64,000 nt of DNA from positions 127,541 through 191,540 of the forward strand of contig JAAOMT010000772.1 in NCBI GenBank assembly GCA_016748015.1, in the 5' to 3' direction. Of this stretch, positions 35,195-48,924 are shown one piece after another (position 1 is the stretch's first letter; every line of letters starts with the position of its first letter). The notes beneath the pieces are model-generated. The model saw only the letters and a program-made list of their open reading frames with translations. It made no database searches and was not told the origin of the DNA. This stretch comes from Geosiphon pyriformis uo1. Taxonomy: Eukaryota; Fungi; Glomeromycota. Position numbers and translations under genes: made by a program.

Positions 35195-38100
35195 TTTTTT
35201 ATTATTTTTTATTAATACAACTAATAAGTAAAGTCTAACCATTATCTAGTATACAAAGCCAGACTAAGTAACCCAAACTAAATATGTCTTACGCACTTAC
35301 TACATGTGGCTAGCCATTTAGACCAAACAAAGCAACACTATACTCTTATATTAATCTGTACAGCACCACTCAAACCAGAAAAAAAACTATACAGCTTATG
35401 ACAACCAAAGCTAACAGCAAAAAACTTAATTACACCAAGCAATCTAATCATATCATTAGACAACAATGAGAACACACTATAAGACAATCCAGAAATTATA
35501 CCATCATTATGAATTAGACCAACTCATTCCATATCTGTTCTATGATCAGATCTTTCCAACTATGCCATCATGTAATACAATTCTACAACAAATCTTACAT
35601 AATCAACAATCCAAGCATTCACCTTCTTCTTATTATCAAAAGCACTATAAGCCTTTTTACATTATTTTTTTAACACAAATCTCTTACATATTACAGTATA
35701 CAATCCAATATCTAAGAAACATTGAGACAGAATCTGCAGAATAGTAGGCATAAACAAAATAGAACTACCAATTAAAACAAACCAATGTACAGAAGCCTTT
35801 GCCAAAACCTTACCATGAACACCAATATTATAAACACAAGTAAAAGTGTAATCAAAGAATTTTACCTTGTTGCACAACAAACACAACATACCAAAGTAAT
35901 ATTTGTCATATATCTTCTTTCTAACTGCCACCAGCAACCACTTGTGTACAGTTTTTATCAAGTATGTATGCAGATTAGAAAACTTTTAACTAGTAGACCC
36001 AGTAAGCATATGAGAATCAAAATGCCACATTTTTATTGTAACAGTTCAGTTTATACACCCAACTAACACATGAAAAATTACATTGCAACCAGGACCAGCT
36101 TCCTAACAAATATGACAAATTGATCAAAAAATATCCCTAACAAAATGACAAGCATTATCAGAAACAGATATGTTATTAGCCACTAAAAAGTGCTCATGCA
36201 TCCCAGTCAACAGTAAAAAAGAAGAATAAGCAATCACACCTGTTATCAAATCAGCTGTCACATTACTAGAGACCTCCGAATGTCTTTTAATTTTGATCCA
36301 AGCCACATTCAGATCCTTCTTTCTGATTAAATTAAAAATATAACATCTTTCAATCCAGCACAAGTTGCAAAAATCAGGTACAGCAGAAAACAATTCAGCT
36401 ATGCAAGCATTAATAATAGTCTGGCTGTTGAGATACACAAACACTATACTAGAAAATAGAATACACTCCAAGAACAAAACAACAGCTTGCAACTTGGCCA
36501 TAATAGAAAACACAAGACCATGAACTAAAACACCAACACATAGATCCAAAACCAGAAAATAAGCAGCCACTTTACTAGTAATACCAGCAGAGCCAGTATA
36601 CTTCAATGATCTATTAGTAAACACCTCAAAAAAACCAGACCAAATATTATGCAAACCATCTTTCACAACAGAAAACTCATCAGATCCAAAAATGTCCATA
36701 TTATATGACTAACTGAGTTCCACAAAACCAGACAAAGAAGAACCTAAACCTATTAAATACTCAGATGCAACCACAAACCAATGAGGAACAAGGCCATATA
36801 GATCCAGCCTCTTCCAATAACAAAAGGTTTTCCAATCCAACATCCCACCCTTCTTATCAAAAAGTTAATTACCAAAAGCAATCCCAAAACACTTTAGAGA
36901 ACAAACAGAATCGAAGTACAAAGACTTTCTAAGGACCAATAACAGTGGAAAATGATCAGGACTAGAAAAAGCATTTGGAAGATTGTTTGCTAAGAAGAGC
37001 TCATTGTCCAAAAAAATTTTTACCAATCCTGCTAAAAAATTGTTTACCAAACTAATATGCAGCTTGACAAAAAACTGCAAAGGATTCATAGAAATCCAAC
37101 CCAAAACTTGCAAGTCCAAGGATCTATGCCTAAACAAGTGCTTAAGAATGCCCAAAACATTGGAAAAAGAGACCAAAGCAGCTACCTTCACTTCAGACTG
37201 TATTTGCATAAAAGGTTTCAGACCATACAAGAAGAAATAATGTAAAATTGCATTGAAAAAGTTATGAGGCAGACACATTTTCAGCTTGAGACCCTTCCTG
37301 ACCAAAACATCTCATTTGTAACACATATTTGATGAGACAAAACTGAACTGAGTCTAATAACTGATTATAAGCTACAAAACAACCGACACCAAATAAGAGA
37401 ATTGTTTATCTGTAATAATCTTCTAAAGCACAACATTAACAAAAAAACAAACATCAGAATGAGCTTTGACAACACTTGGCTTGAACAAATCATTGGTAGA
37501 CAAAAAAATTCCCAAATAATGATGAGCTTCACCTTTCTTGGCAATTGTGATTGGTTAACCACAAATATTTAATAAAACAATCTTAACACCTTAATTGATG
37601 GGGATAGCTACTGTTTTTTTACTGTTGATAAAAATATCATTGATTTTAAAGAACTTACTGGCAATGTTCAAAGCAAACTGAGTAGATGTCTAACAGTTTT
37701 TAACCCAACTAGTGTCATCAACAAATATGTTTGCTGCAAAATAAGAAGTCATCCCACTACTGTTCTCTATTTTGCCTGTTTTTAAAATGAACTTAGTATT
37801 AATTTAGTATTCACACAGATGTTTATGCCTTTTAACTTCACATAAGAGTAAATCATAAAAGATTCTCCACAGAAGAGGCAAAGAAATCTTACTCTAATCC
37901 AATCCATTATGTACCTTATATCTATTTGACAAACTGAAATCAGTTATTACTCTGTTAATTTTATCCTCATGTATACTACCAAAAAATTTGATAAACCTTT
38001 CACATATTTTAACATGCTGTAAGCTATTTCTCAAGTAGTGCCACTCAATTGAATTATAAGCTTTTTGCATATCTTGCAGAACCAACCAAATTTTTCTATT

Positions 38101-41100
38101 CTTCTCAAAAGCATCCTCAACTACTAACCAATAGCAAACATTAAAAACTGTGTGGATGTACTTTTTAATACCAAAAAGTTATTATCCCGGAGGACATTGA
38201 ACTTGCTACATGCCAATAAAATACAATCAGACAAAATTTTTGATAGAATTTTCCTGGCAATTTCGATTAGAGCTATGAGTCAAATGTTTGTAAAAACTTT
38301 ATTCCAGTCATAAAGTTTAGAAATCATCAATATCCAAGCTCTTTTCCACAAAGCAGGCACACTGCCAAAAGTTAAACACATATTTAGTAATACCAAAAAG
38401 TGCCCCAATACTACTTTACCACTATGCTTCTATAATTTATTAGGAATACCAAATAAGCCAATGGCTTTACTATTAAACAGACCACCAACAACTGAGAGCA
38501 ACTCATTTATACTGATTGTATACATTACACCAGAAAAAGCATCATCTTTAACATAGGCCAATAGTGCATATTAGTAAGCTCAGCAAATAAGTAAAACTGA
38601 AAACATTGTATGTTTCCTTGTCCAACTTTTTATAATCTTATTCACACTTGATTTTACCTTCTCTGGCTTCAAAACCAGCTTATCATCTACCACCAAGTAA
38701 TTCAGAACCACCTTGCAAAAAGGCCACTCCAAACATTTCAAATTATACTACCTTGCAATTATCTTCTTGATAGAAGCTTCCTCAGCCAACCTCAACTCAT
38801 GTATCTTAAACTTTCTGTATTTTTTATAAGCTAATAACAAATGTTTAAGAACCATCACAAATTTTACTCCCAAACACATCACATTAATGAAAACATGGGC
38901 CTTAGTGTTATTCAGAGTTGACCATATCCTCATGAAATAATCAACTTTAGGCATGTTACCAGAGCTGAATTTCTTAACAACTTTGGCAACCAACAATTCC
39001 AAACCAAAAAACTTAGAAGAATGTTTATTCCTTGAACACTGAAACTTATTGAACCAATGTTTTGAAAAAATTTCATCAGCTGACTCTACTATTATCTTTT
39101 CCAAAATTGCCCATATAATATCTACATTATCACAGGATTCAGCATCAAAAAATTTATCAGCAACTATCAAAAGCTTGACAGAAGAGCAATCTCTAAATTT
39201 AGCCCATTTGAAACTATCAGTATTCTTGATTTTGAATCTCTAATGATCTCTGTTAGCCTGTTTGCACAAGCTATTTAAATGAACATCCAAGAGTCCACTT
39301 AGGCTAATAAAAACCAAGACAGCATTGTGATTAGTGTTAAAGAAATTAAAAACAAAGCAGACTCAATAACTGGCAATAGCAGAAAATAGATTCCCACTGA
39401 CAAAAATGTAATCAATTGTTTTCTCAATCCCTTTAGAATTGTTCCATGTGAAAAAGTCTACCAATTAATGACTGGCAAATGAATTGACCAAACCCAAATC
39501 TATACAAAACTTAAAGCTCACATTTCTTCCAGACCCATTCTCATTAAAATCTCCACCCAAAACCACAAAAGTGCTGGAGTTGACTGCCTTCACAATTAAA
39601 GAGTTTACCTCTAAAGCTTAACCAAACCTAGTTTTGAAAGAAGCACCAGTGTACAAACCCAAAACTATAACCGAAAGCTTGTCTTTAAATAAAAGCCAGA
39701 CTGAAATAACTTGACCAAAAACCTCCTCCACTTTAGACACATGACAAGCCAAAGAATTGTTCATAATCACAGCCACTTTAGCACCAAGAAATCTCTTATC
39801 CAAACTGGACATAAATATTCATACACCCTCAAATTTATTAGCAATCCAAGGCTTAACACAGAATTGCAATTTAGTTTCTGTAACAAAAGATACAAGACTA
39901 CCAGAATTCACATGTCAATGAACAACATCCATTTGTTTTGCAGGAACATTCAAACATTACATGTAACAAATTTCCAGACCAAATTATTTATAGAAGAGAG
40001 GGATTAACAAAAAACCTGAATCTGAACACAAAATATCCAATTTTGCCAAGACTGAATTGATTGATACTTTCAAGACTATCATTTTTGATTCCAAACCATC
40101 CATCTTAGTGGTTAAAACTTTTAAACTGCTTAAGCCGAATTCAACAGCAGACTTGTCAACAACAAACAAAAAAGGGGAGGCAAAGGATGGCAACACATCA
40201 TCCACAGTCATATTCAAATCTGAAACCACAGCCATAGGCACAGAAATGGCTAGAGGAGAAGCACAGAAAGAAATCACTAATGACATCAATTCAACAAAAC
40301 TCAACTTTCTCAAAATTCCAGAAATTTGGTCAGACAAGAGCTTTAAAGAGCATTCCAAAGACACCAAACAATTGTTCAAACAAGAAAGTTCAAGAGGATT
40401 GGGATTCAACAAAAGTAACTTTACACCCGAAAATAAGCCAGCACCAGAAATGACTAAAGAAACCACATAAAAAAAAAGTTACCACCTACTTATTACAAGC
40501 ACCAAAATTCCCATTCATTGAACAAACATTAGAGACATAACCAAATTGTTTACATAAAGCACAGCAGGCCAAAGAAAGCCCAGCCCAATGTAAATTTACA
40601 CTCTTAAAAACAGGAACAGAACTAATAGCAGCCAATTTAGACTCTTTATTAGCAAAACACACTATTGCACATCTATTATACACATATGAACTGAGATTAT
40701 GGCCAATAAAACAAGTTTTTTCATCATATAAATCCAACAAACCAGAAAATCATAAGCTGTGATCTTAACTGGAAGAGTATACAACAAAGCCCAATAATAA
40801 TCTCTTATAACTTAAGATTTCTTGTCATTAATAACTAAAGCCATATATACCAAATCCTTTCCCATGAGAACTGACTATTTGGAAGCAACCAAACTAGCCA
40901 CATCTAATGAATCAAACTCCACCAAAGCTTTTTGTTAAAGGCCAATTAATTGAATTTTAATTAAAATAATCTTGCTGAATTTGGAGAACACAGATTCTAC
41001 AGCTAATTTAGAAAGATTTACAGGGATTTCCTTAACCACAATTTCCCAATTTATGCATTTGTTTACTTGTTTAACATCATTATTGACTAAAATTTTCTCA

Positions 41101-41945
41101 TTAATTGCCAACTCCTTAGTCTTTTTTAGACTTATTTTAGAAGTAAATAATAATCTGATAATCTCTGGAAATTTTGAAGAATTTGATGCTTCTCCAAAAC
41201 CATCAATTTAATAAAAAATTTTTTTGATAGAAATCAACTTATTACTAATATTTTTACTAGGCACAGCAGCTAATTCTATGTCTAATACAAACAATTTAAC
41301 AGATTCAAAGCTTCGTCTTTCCAGAACATGTGACTTGACAGATGGCAGCTGATTAGAACCAACAAACTTAGAAAGAAAAAGACCCAGAATGTCACTATTG
41401 TCACTTATATTACTGAACAAAAGAGCTTTTGGTAAATGGTTTAATATATAGATCTGAGTCCAAGTTTTCCTTAAAGTAGTTTCATTCATGTCTTTATTGC
41501 CAACAGAATTGTCTGAATCTATGTAACTTGTTTTCTTTGCTACCATGTTTTTCATATTTTCTAAATTTGAAAAACCACTAACACTATTCTTAATGCTGTC
41601 TACTTTGCTTCTCCAGGACATCACAGGTTTGCCATTAGCATTACCAATGTTTACCAAGCTCAATAGATCAGTAGACAAGTCAACAATATTAATGACAACA
41701 GACTTTTTAGGCTTCTTGTAAGATGTTTCACAGAAGTAAACACTATTCATGCAATTCTTTTTAGTGCTCAAATAAGTTCTCAAACCAGCCAAACCAGAAT
41801 CAAAAACACTAGTGACTATTTTTGCCATTTTTATCACAATAAAATTAAGCATATTTGAAGAAATAACTGATAAAATAAAGGAAAAAAGAGAAAAAAAAAA
41901 AGCTAAAACTTCAAAATTATTCTTTGCTCTTATCATAGCCAGAAA
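35195..41945 (-). mobile_element. Full-length degenerate LINE: ORF1 (~41830-39984, CCHC) and ORF2 (~39991-35338: AP endonuclease, RT, RNase H, C-terminal Cys motif)
   Basis: ORF1 knuckle CALCKQFGYVSNVC. APE motifs: TCNV, TETKL, LGGDFNE and IDYIF. RT motifs: LQDMQKAYNS and FVDDT. RNase H motifs: VFTNRSL, AKLQAV, YLNSQ and KIKRHS..N..AD. A-rich tail near 35195-35215. Confidence 0.92.
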
Positions 41946-42779
41946 ATTGACAAGAAAAATTTTTTTACTAATAATATTAAAACAATAGTTTTTAATTATA
42001 ATTATTAATAAAATATTAATTTTTATTTTTGTTTTTTTTATGTTTTATTTTTGTTACTAATTAATTAAAAAAAACATTAAGATTATAATATTAAAAATTT
42101 TCTAATAAAAAATACAAAAATAAGTATAAATTAATTTATTAAATTAAAACATATTATCTAATTACTTATAATAATAAATTTATTTTTAATAATTAAAATT
42201 TATTATTAAACTTTGTAAATTAATTTTTTTTTGGCTTTTTTTGATTTAGTTTAGTTTATGTTTTAACTAATTTAAATAATTAATTATATATAAAAAGTAT
42301 GTAATTTATATTTAATTTAAATTCTATAATAAATATATTATATTAAATAGTAATTAAATTAAATTTTATTAAAATATAATAAAAAATAAATAAAAGTAAT
42401 TAAAAATAATAATAACTTAATTTTTTGTTAAAATTTTAAAAAAAATAATATTAATCTGGTTTTTTAAAAATAAATATTAATTATTTTATTAAATTAAAAT
42501 AAAATTTTAATTTTTATACTTTTTAATATATAACATATTTATTACTTGTTAAATATATAGTTTTTATATAAAAATTCAAATTTCAAAAACTTTTAATTGT
42601 AATATTATATAAAAATACATATTAAACAATTTTTATATATAAAAAAATTTTGAATTTTTTTATAATATAGTTTAATAATAAAATATGTTTAATTATATAA
42701 TAAATAAAAAATATATATTATATATTTTTTATTATTTTTTATTATGTTTTAACAAAATATAATTTAAATACTATTTAAT

Positions 42780-44255
42780 ATTATATATTATAAAAATAAG
42801 CTAAATCAAATATAATTTATTTATTTTTTACATGTAAATAACTATTTAAGTTATTTAAAACACAAATTAAATTAAATTAAAAAAGATTAAAATAAATTTA
42901 ATTCATTAAATTTATTTATAAAACTATTTAAATTTTAATTATTAAAAATAAACTCACTTAAAAACAATTTGGTTTTTTTATATCATATTTAATATTAAAA
43001 TATTATAGTATTATTAAATATTTAATAGCTAAATTACTTAAAAAAGATATATTAACAATATTTAATTTATTTTTATCTATGTTATTAAATTTATTTTAGT
43101 TTTAAAATTAGCAAAATTTTTAAACAAACTAATTAAAATATTAGCAAAGTTTTTAATAACATATTTTATAATAGTTAATTTTTTTTTATCTTAAAATTTT
43201 TGTATGTATTTTTAATCAAACTAAAGTAATTAAAAACTAATTAGTTTAATAACAGGCTTAATTAATACAGCTAATTAAAAATTTGAAATTTCAAAAAATT
43301 TAATTTAGAATTAATTACAAAATTAATAACAAAAACAATTAAAAATACAGTAATAAAAAAAATCAAAGACATAAAAGCTTTGTTATAAAACTTTACATCA
43401 ATAAAAAACAAGTTAAAAATCTTAAAACTATTAGTAAAGTTGATAAAAAACTTAAGAAAAAAAAGTAAAAACACTTTACAAATTATAATTAAATGATTTA
43501 AATTTTAATATTTATAACAATAATAATATTTATTAAATATAATATTTATGTAAAGCATTAATTTTTAAAACCACAAAATTCGAAATCAAATTATTAATTT
43601 TAAAAACTATAAAGCCAAAAAAATATTAATTAATTTAATTTTAAAAGTATTTCTTAAAATAATAACTTTAATTAACACAAATTAATAAGTAAAAATGGTA
43701 GTAACAGCAAAAAAAAAAGTTTTTAAAAAGCTTATAAGCTTTAACTTAACAGAAAAAACTTTACTAAAAATACCAAAAACATTTTTAATATTATTAAAAA
43801 ATGTATTAAAAAGAATATTATAGAATATAATAAAAAAAAACAAAAAACAAAAACTATTACATAAAATTTTATAATTTTAAGTATAGTTAAAAAAAATATA
43901 TTAATAGCAATTTTTATAATAGTATTTAAGTAAGCTAAAAAAACAAACTTCATACAAAAAAGTTTTATATTGTTTTTGAATACAGACTTAAAACCAATAA
44001 AATTATATATATAAGCTAAATTACAATCTTAATAAGAGCCAATTTAATTTTAAAAAAAACACCAGATATCAAAATAGAAATTATTTATTTACTTAACAAA
44101 AAGCTGGTTAATAACTACTTTACTTAAAATAGACATTTTTACAAAGCACTTTTATAGCCATTAGTGCTTTAATGATAAAAAACTGTTAGTTGCTTTAAGT
44201 AAAAAGAAAATAAAAAAGTTGTAGTCTTTTATTTTTTGCTTTGATCATGATTATA
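42780..44255 (-). mobile_element. Eroded ORF1-only non-LTR element (shorter N-terminus subfamily)
   Basis: The 5' end tcatgatcaaagcaaaaaataaaa (minus, ~44230-44250) matches the family start. 43940-44075 aligns with 30255-30395. A tail motif tacatgtaaataactattt lies near 42830. Confidence 0.65.
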
Positions 44256-45036
44256 AAATTATTATGTTTAATAAAAAAATATTATAAATAAAATATATAT
44301 CTTAAAATCAAATTACATTGTTTTGGAATTTTTATAAAAAGATTTTTGCTTTTAATATTTAAATGTTTATTAGTGAATTTTGTTTTATTGAAAAAAAATT
44401 TAAATTAAAAAATACTAATTTTATATTGTTTAATTGCAATTGTTTATTCTTGTATCAATATTTGTTATCTTACTAATACATTTTTTATGAAAACATTTAT
44501 AATATTACAAAATTATTGACAATTGTTGCTTGAAAGAAATTTCAACAAATGTTTTAAAAAACTAAATTTGAAGTATATAGTACATTATAAATTAGTTGAA
44601 ATAAAAATACCAAAAAAAACTGAAGCTAAAAAGTAGCAAAGTATTTACAGCTGATTGTAAATGAATTAATAAAAAGCACATGAAATATATATCGAAAAGT
44701 TGAAAAGCAAAGTAATATGGAGCAAATAAGTAAATTTATTAAACCCATTCTAAATAATGAAATGTAATATGAAAGTAAAAAATATATATTATAAAATTAT
44801 GATGAATAATAATAATAATAACAATCTTCGCAACCACACATATATCTGGTTTTCGACATTCTTCTCACATAAAAGTAGAGGTAAACTTTTTAAAAAAGAT
44901 ACAAAGATAAAACTATTTATGTTATATTTTAAACAAAAAGAACCAATTCCTCCTTCAATATAATTATCAAAGTGTTTACTGATTTCGTCGATTTCATCAG
45001 AAATTGAATTCATCTATTGTGTAAAGTTTTTAAATA

Positions 45037-46672
45037 TTAGATAGCATCATATGTCTCTTCGGAATTAAGTCTTTTTTCACGAACAAGTTCGTTTAAGTTA
45101 CAGTTGTCGCGAGCACCAATAACTCTTTGTTGAAGTTCTTTTGCAGTATCACGGGAACACGGATTATCATGCCAATTTTTTTGAATCATTTCCTGAATAC
45201 ATTGAGGTGTATGCATTGGAATTATAGGGCGTTTTCCCCCAATCACCTCAAATTGCACAACACTATGATCTTTAATATCTTTCCAAGGTCTTTCTCCTGA
45301 AATGATTTCCCAGGAAATGATGGCAAAACTATAAATATCGCTGTATTTGGTACGAGGCGACAAGTTACAAACTTCAGGCGCTAGGTATTGAACAACACTA
45401 AAATCTTCGTCAGACTTTGGAGAGTAAGCAGCAGGACGACAGAATTCAAGACCAGAAATGACAACTTTTAAGGGGTTTGTTTTCAAAGCAAGGATATTCC
45501 CAGGATGCAAGTCTCCATGCACCAGTCTTGAGTCATGTATAAATCTTAGGCCACCAGCGACTTGAAAAAGAATACGAAGAAACATGTCCCAAGTAAGAAT
45601 GTCTTTATTGACTTTGAGAAAAGCTCCGAGGTCCCCGTGTTCCGCAAATGGTAAAACCATAATAAATTCATCGGTTGTAACATCTTTGGTTATTCCATAG
45701 CATTCAAGGATGTATTTGCAAGAGGCACACACATTATGCGCAATAAACTATTTCAATGATTTTCTGGTGTTAGAAAAAGAAATTAGAACAATAAAAATCA
45801 CCTAAATTTCTTAAAAGGAAATACCTCATTTGAATGAATAGATTTTACATTTTGCCGTCTGAAACATATTTCAAAGCAACTTTCGTAATTCCACTTCGTT
45901 CATAGATTTGATTTTTCTTGTCCCAAAAAAGAATTTTCCCTCTCTTCCATCTACCTTCTTTAACAATACCAAATCCCGTTCCTACCTTATCTAAAAATGT
46001 GATCTCGTCGGGAGAAATCCATTCCAAACATCCCCTGCAGCTTTCAGAAATGGCCTGTGTATATTTTATATATTGATCAATATTAATATTTCCACTAGTC
46101 CATGTTTTTCCAATTTCAAAAAATCGGGATGATTCACAGTAATTACACCAAATTGGATCTTTTAATAGGCGATAGCATTGTGGACATTTCTGCAAGCCAG
46201 CTTTAAATATATTATTATCGATTTCGTCACAAAATGGACATATAGGAGATCCATTAATGATTATACCCAAGTTGCCACATTTAAGACACTTGAATTCATC
46301 TGAAAGCTGGTCAAAAAAAGCTTCACAATCCAAAAATTCTCCTTTCAAATGATCTAGGTATTTGAAGCCTCGATTTTGGAATCGTAAAATGGTATATTCT
46401 AGATTATCTTGATCCTCTAAAGTAAGCTGATGGACATTCAAATCTGGAAAATCACTTCGATAACATAAGTTATTTGCTTCTGCTGCTTTTAAATAGAACT
46501 TAAATGCTTTTTCCAGATTTTTTGTCGTTCCCCATCCATTTTGATAGCACCATCCAAGGTTATATTGTGCATTTTTATTTTCCGCCTCTGCTATTTTTGA
46601 ATAGAATTCAAATGTTTCTTCTAGATTTTTCACATTGATTTGTGGACTCGAATTTGATGAAGTTGAAGGCAT
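45037..46672 (-). pseudogene. SEL1-repeat + Cys-rich + tyrosine-kinase-like protein kinase, frameshifted and catalytically degenerate; intron 45748-45824
   Basis: SEL1 repeat AQYNLGWCYQNGWGTTKNLEKAF and a WTSGN..ID..I motif. Kinase motifs VALK, HGDLHPGN, YLAPE and SDIYS. The frame shifts by 1 nt near 45855, and the DFG position reads SGLEF. Confidence 0.8.
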
Positions 46673-48195
46673 TATTTTCAAGCAAAACAAATGGATTATC
46701 AAACTTTGAATATTTTGTATAGGTAAAGTACCTTTAAAGAGTTCGTTTTTGCCAATAAATAAGGATAATTTTGTTTAAATCACATTCTTGAAAAGGCTAG
46801 GCCTTGAAGAAATCTGAAGCCTAGAATATGAATAAAAGGTATATTCTCATATTTACATTGCTTAAACGGGTAGAGATCCTCCGGAATGGAATTCAAACTC
46901 AAATAACTGCAATAGGCGTAAAAAGCCCATTGTCTTATTGCCTATTTTCAACATAAATGAAAAACCTAAAGTTGAGTTGCACCCCATTGGGATTTTTTTC
47001 GCTCCACAATCTAAACGCATAATCTAACGCTGGAGATTAAAATCTTTGATTTTTATCTGTTTTTGAGGGTCTTTCACCTCAATTGATAGATTTGAATTAA
47101 TGCTAATGTCCACATATCTATCAATTATATCTATCGATTAAAGTATCGTTAGAAAATAAATCCCCAAACACTTTTTAGGGATTTTGTTGGATACTGTATA
47201 TATTGATTGATATTGAATACGTTAGATAAAATCTAAATTACAAAAATTAAGTATTGTATATCTTTTAAAATATAATTGATTATAATATTTGATGTATTCA
47301 GCGTTACTTTATGAGTAAAAAACATTTTGGCTCTAATGAAACAATCAAGTGTGTTAATATACAAGTTCTGAAATATGGATAGATGAATCCATTAAAACAT
47401 TTATTTAGTTAAAATTGAAATTTTTCGTGAATGGAGATTTTTCTAATAAATTCAAACAAAGAAAATGCAAGTCGCCATCATGAGACTTGACACAACAACC
47501 AAATACTCTCAAGTCAACTGACAACTCACCAGGAGTACAATAACCAAATACTCTTGATCGCAAAATTACCAATATTTGCAAAAAGATCTCGCCAACTATA
47601 TAAACTAAAAGAAATAACAAACTAAGAACTATTCTTAAAACGAAGAGTTTCAGTTTGTGCTAATCATCAAATAAATAGTTAATAACTATTGGACTAAGTT
47701 CAAATCTCTATTTATGTTTTTTATTATAAGCAAAATGTATTGGTGCAAAAATAATGAAAAGATGTTTTTGTTAAATAACTTGAAACTAAAAGTTTTTTGA
47801 TTATAGACAAAATATATTGTGCAAAATAATAAAAACATAATTTTATCAAATACATATGATGCAAACCATTTATAGTCATCAAACAATTTATATAATTTTA
47901 AATTGTATCTAGTCTTCCAATTTTAATAATATTAAAAAACTAAACCGTAAATATGATAGATTAAGTTCTTCTCTTTCACATTTACGGTTTAATTTTTTGA
48001 ATTATATTATAATTTATAAAGTTATTAAAGTTTAAAATTAGCCACTTTTATTATTAATCTTTAATTTTCGGATGCCGATCAATCAGATTTTAGCCAATCA
48101 GCAATCATTAAAGTCACGTTACCACGTGATAAATCATCGAAGTATTATCATTTTCAGAAAGGCTTTCAATTAATATTAATCTAATCTTTAGATGG

Positions 48196-48491
48196 TCACT
48201 TTTTTATAAAGATATAATATCTCTCGGCCTGCGTGTCTTCTGCTGGTGACACGGCACCATTAACCATGAATATTCCATTCACACCACCACCATATTCGGT
48301 TGTCATTATTGGAACAGAAACCCAGATATCAATATTGTTCACACCAGGCGTCAAAGAAATCGTAAAAGTACTATGAGCGATTGTCGGAGAATTTGGGAAT
48401 GTCATTTGCGCTCTATTTGTAACCTTGCGTTATTATNNNNNNNNNNNNNNNNNNNNACCTTGAATAGCTCTTTTATGTTAGTGTTGTACAT
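48196..48491 (-). CDS. Putative small orphan protein (86 aa if the gap hides no exon); exons 48491-48459 and 48423-48196
   Basis: MYNTNIKELFK|GT, then the gap, then AG|VTNRAQMTF...YIFIKK*. The join is phase 0 and in frame, and the sequence is CpG-rich and un-eroded like the other gene islands. Confidence 0.5.
48437..48456. other. Assembly gap (20 N)
   Basis: Run of N; true size unknown. Confidence 1.
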
Positions 48492-48924
48492 TTTCTAACG
48501 AGTTCGTTTTTATGCAAAAAATGTATGAAACGTATTAGTTCAAGTAGATAAAACCCAGATTTTTTTGTAAAAGCCTAATAAATTTCTTACTTATAAATAA
48601 TATATTAAAAACACATGTATATTAACCAATAAAATTTAATTATATAAATAAAAACACATGAAGATCATCATTTAAAATTTCGGACTGATCTACATTTTTG
48701 ATGATTATAAATGGTTTGCACCATAGTAACTTTTTTTATAGTATACTTTGACTATGATGAATTTGACTTATTGTGAATTTTTTTAATAATAGTGATTTTT
48801 TATATTAAAACTATTTAATAAACTTAAAATAAAAAATCTTTTAATTAATTATATTATCAAATGTTTTTATATTGTAATTTTATCATTAGGGAACGAACAT
48901 ATATCACGTTATTATAAAAAAGTG

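Noticed and set aside
29305-41211. Plus-strand K/T/N-rich ORFs over the non-LTR elements
   Set aside because: Antisense shadows of ORF1/ORF2.
44757-45013. 68-74-aa ORFs after the kinase
   Set aside because: Out of frame with the kinase, low complexity, probably 3' UTR.
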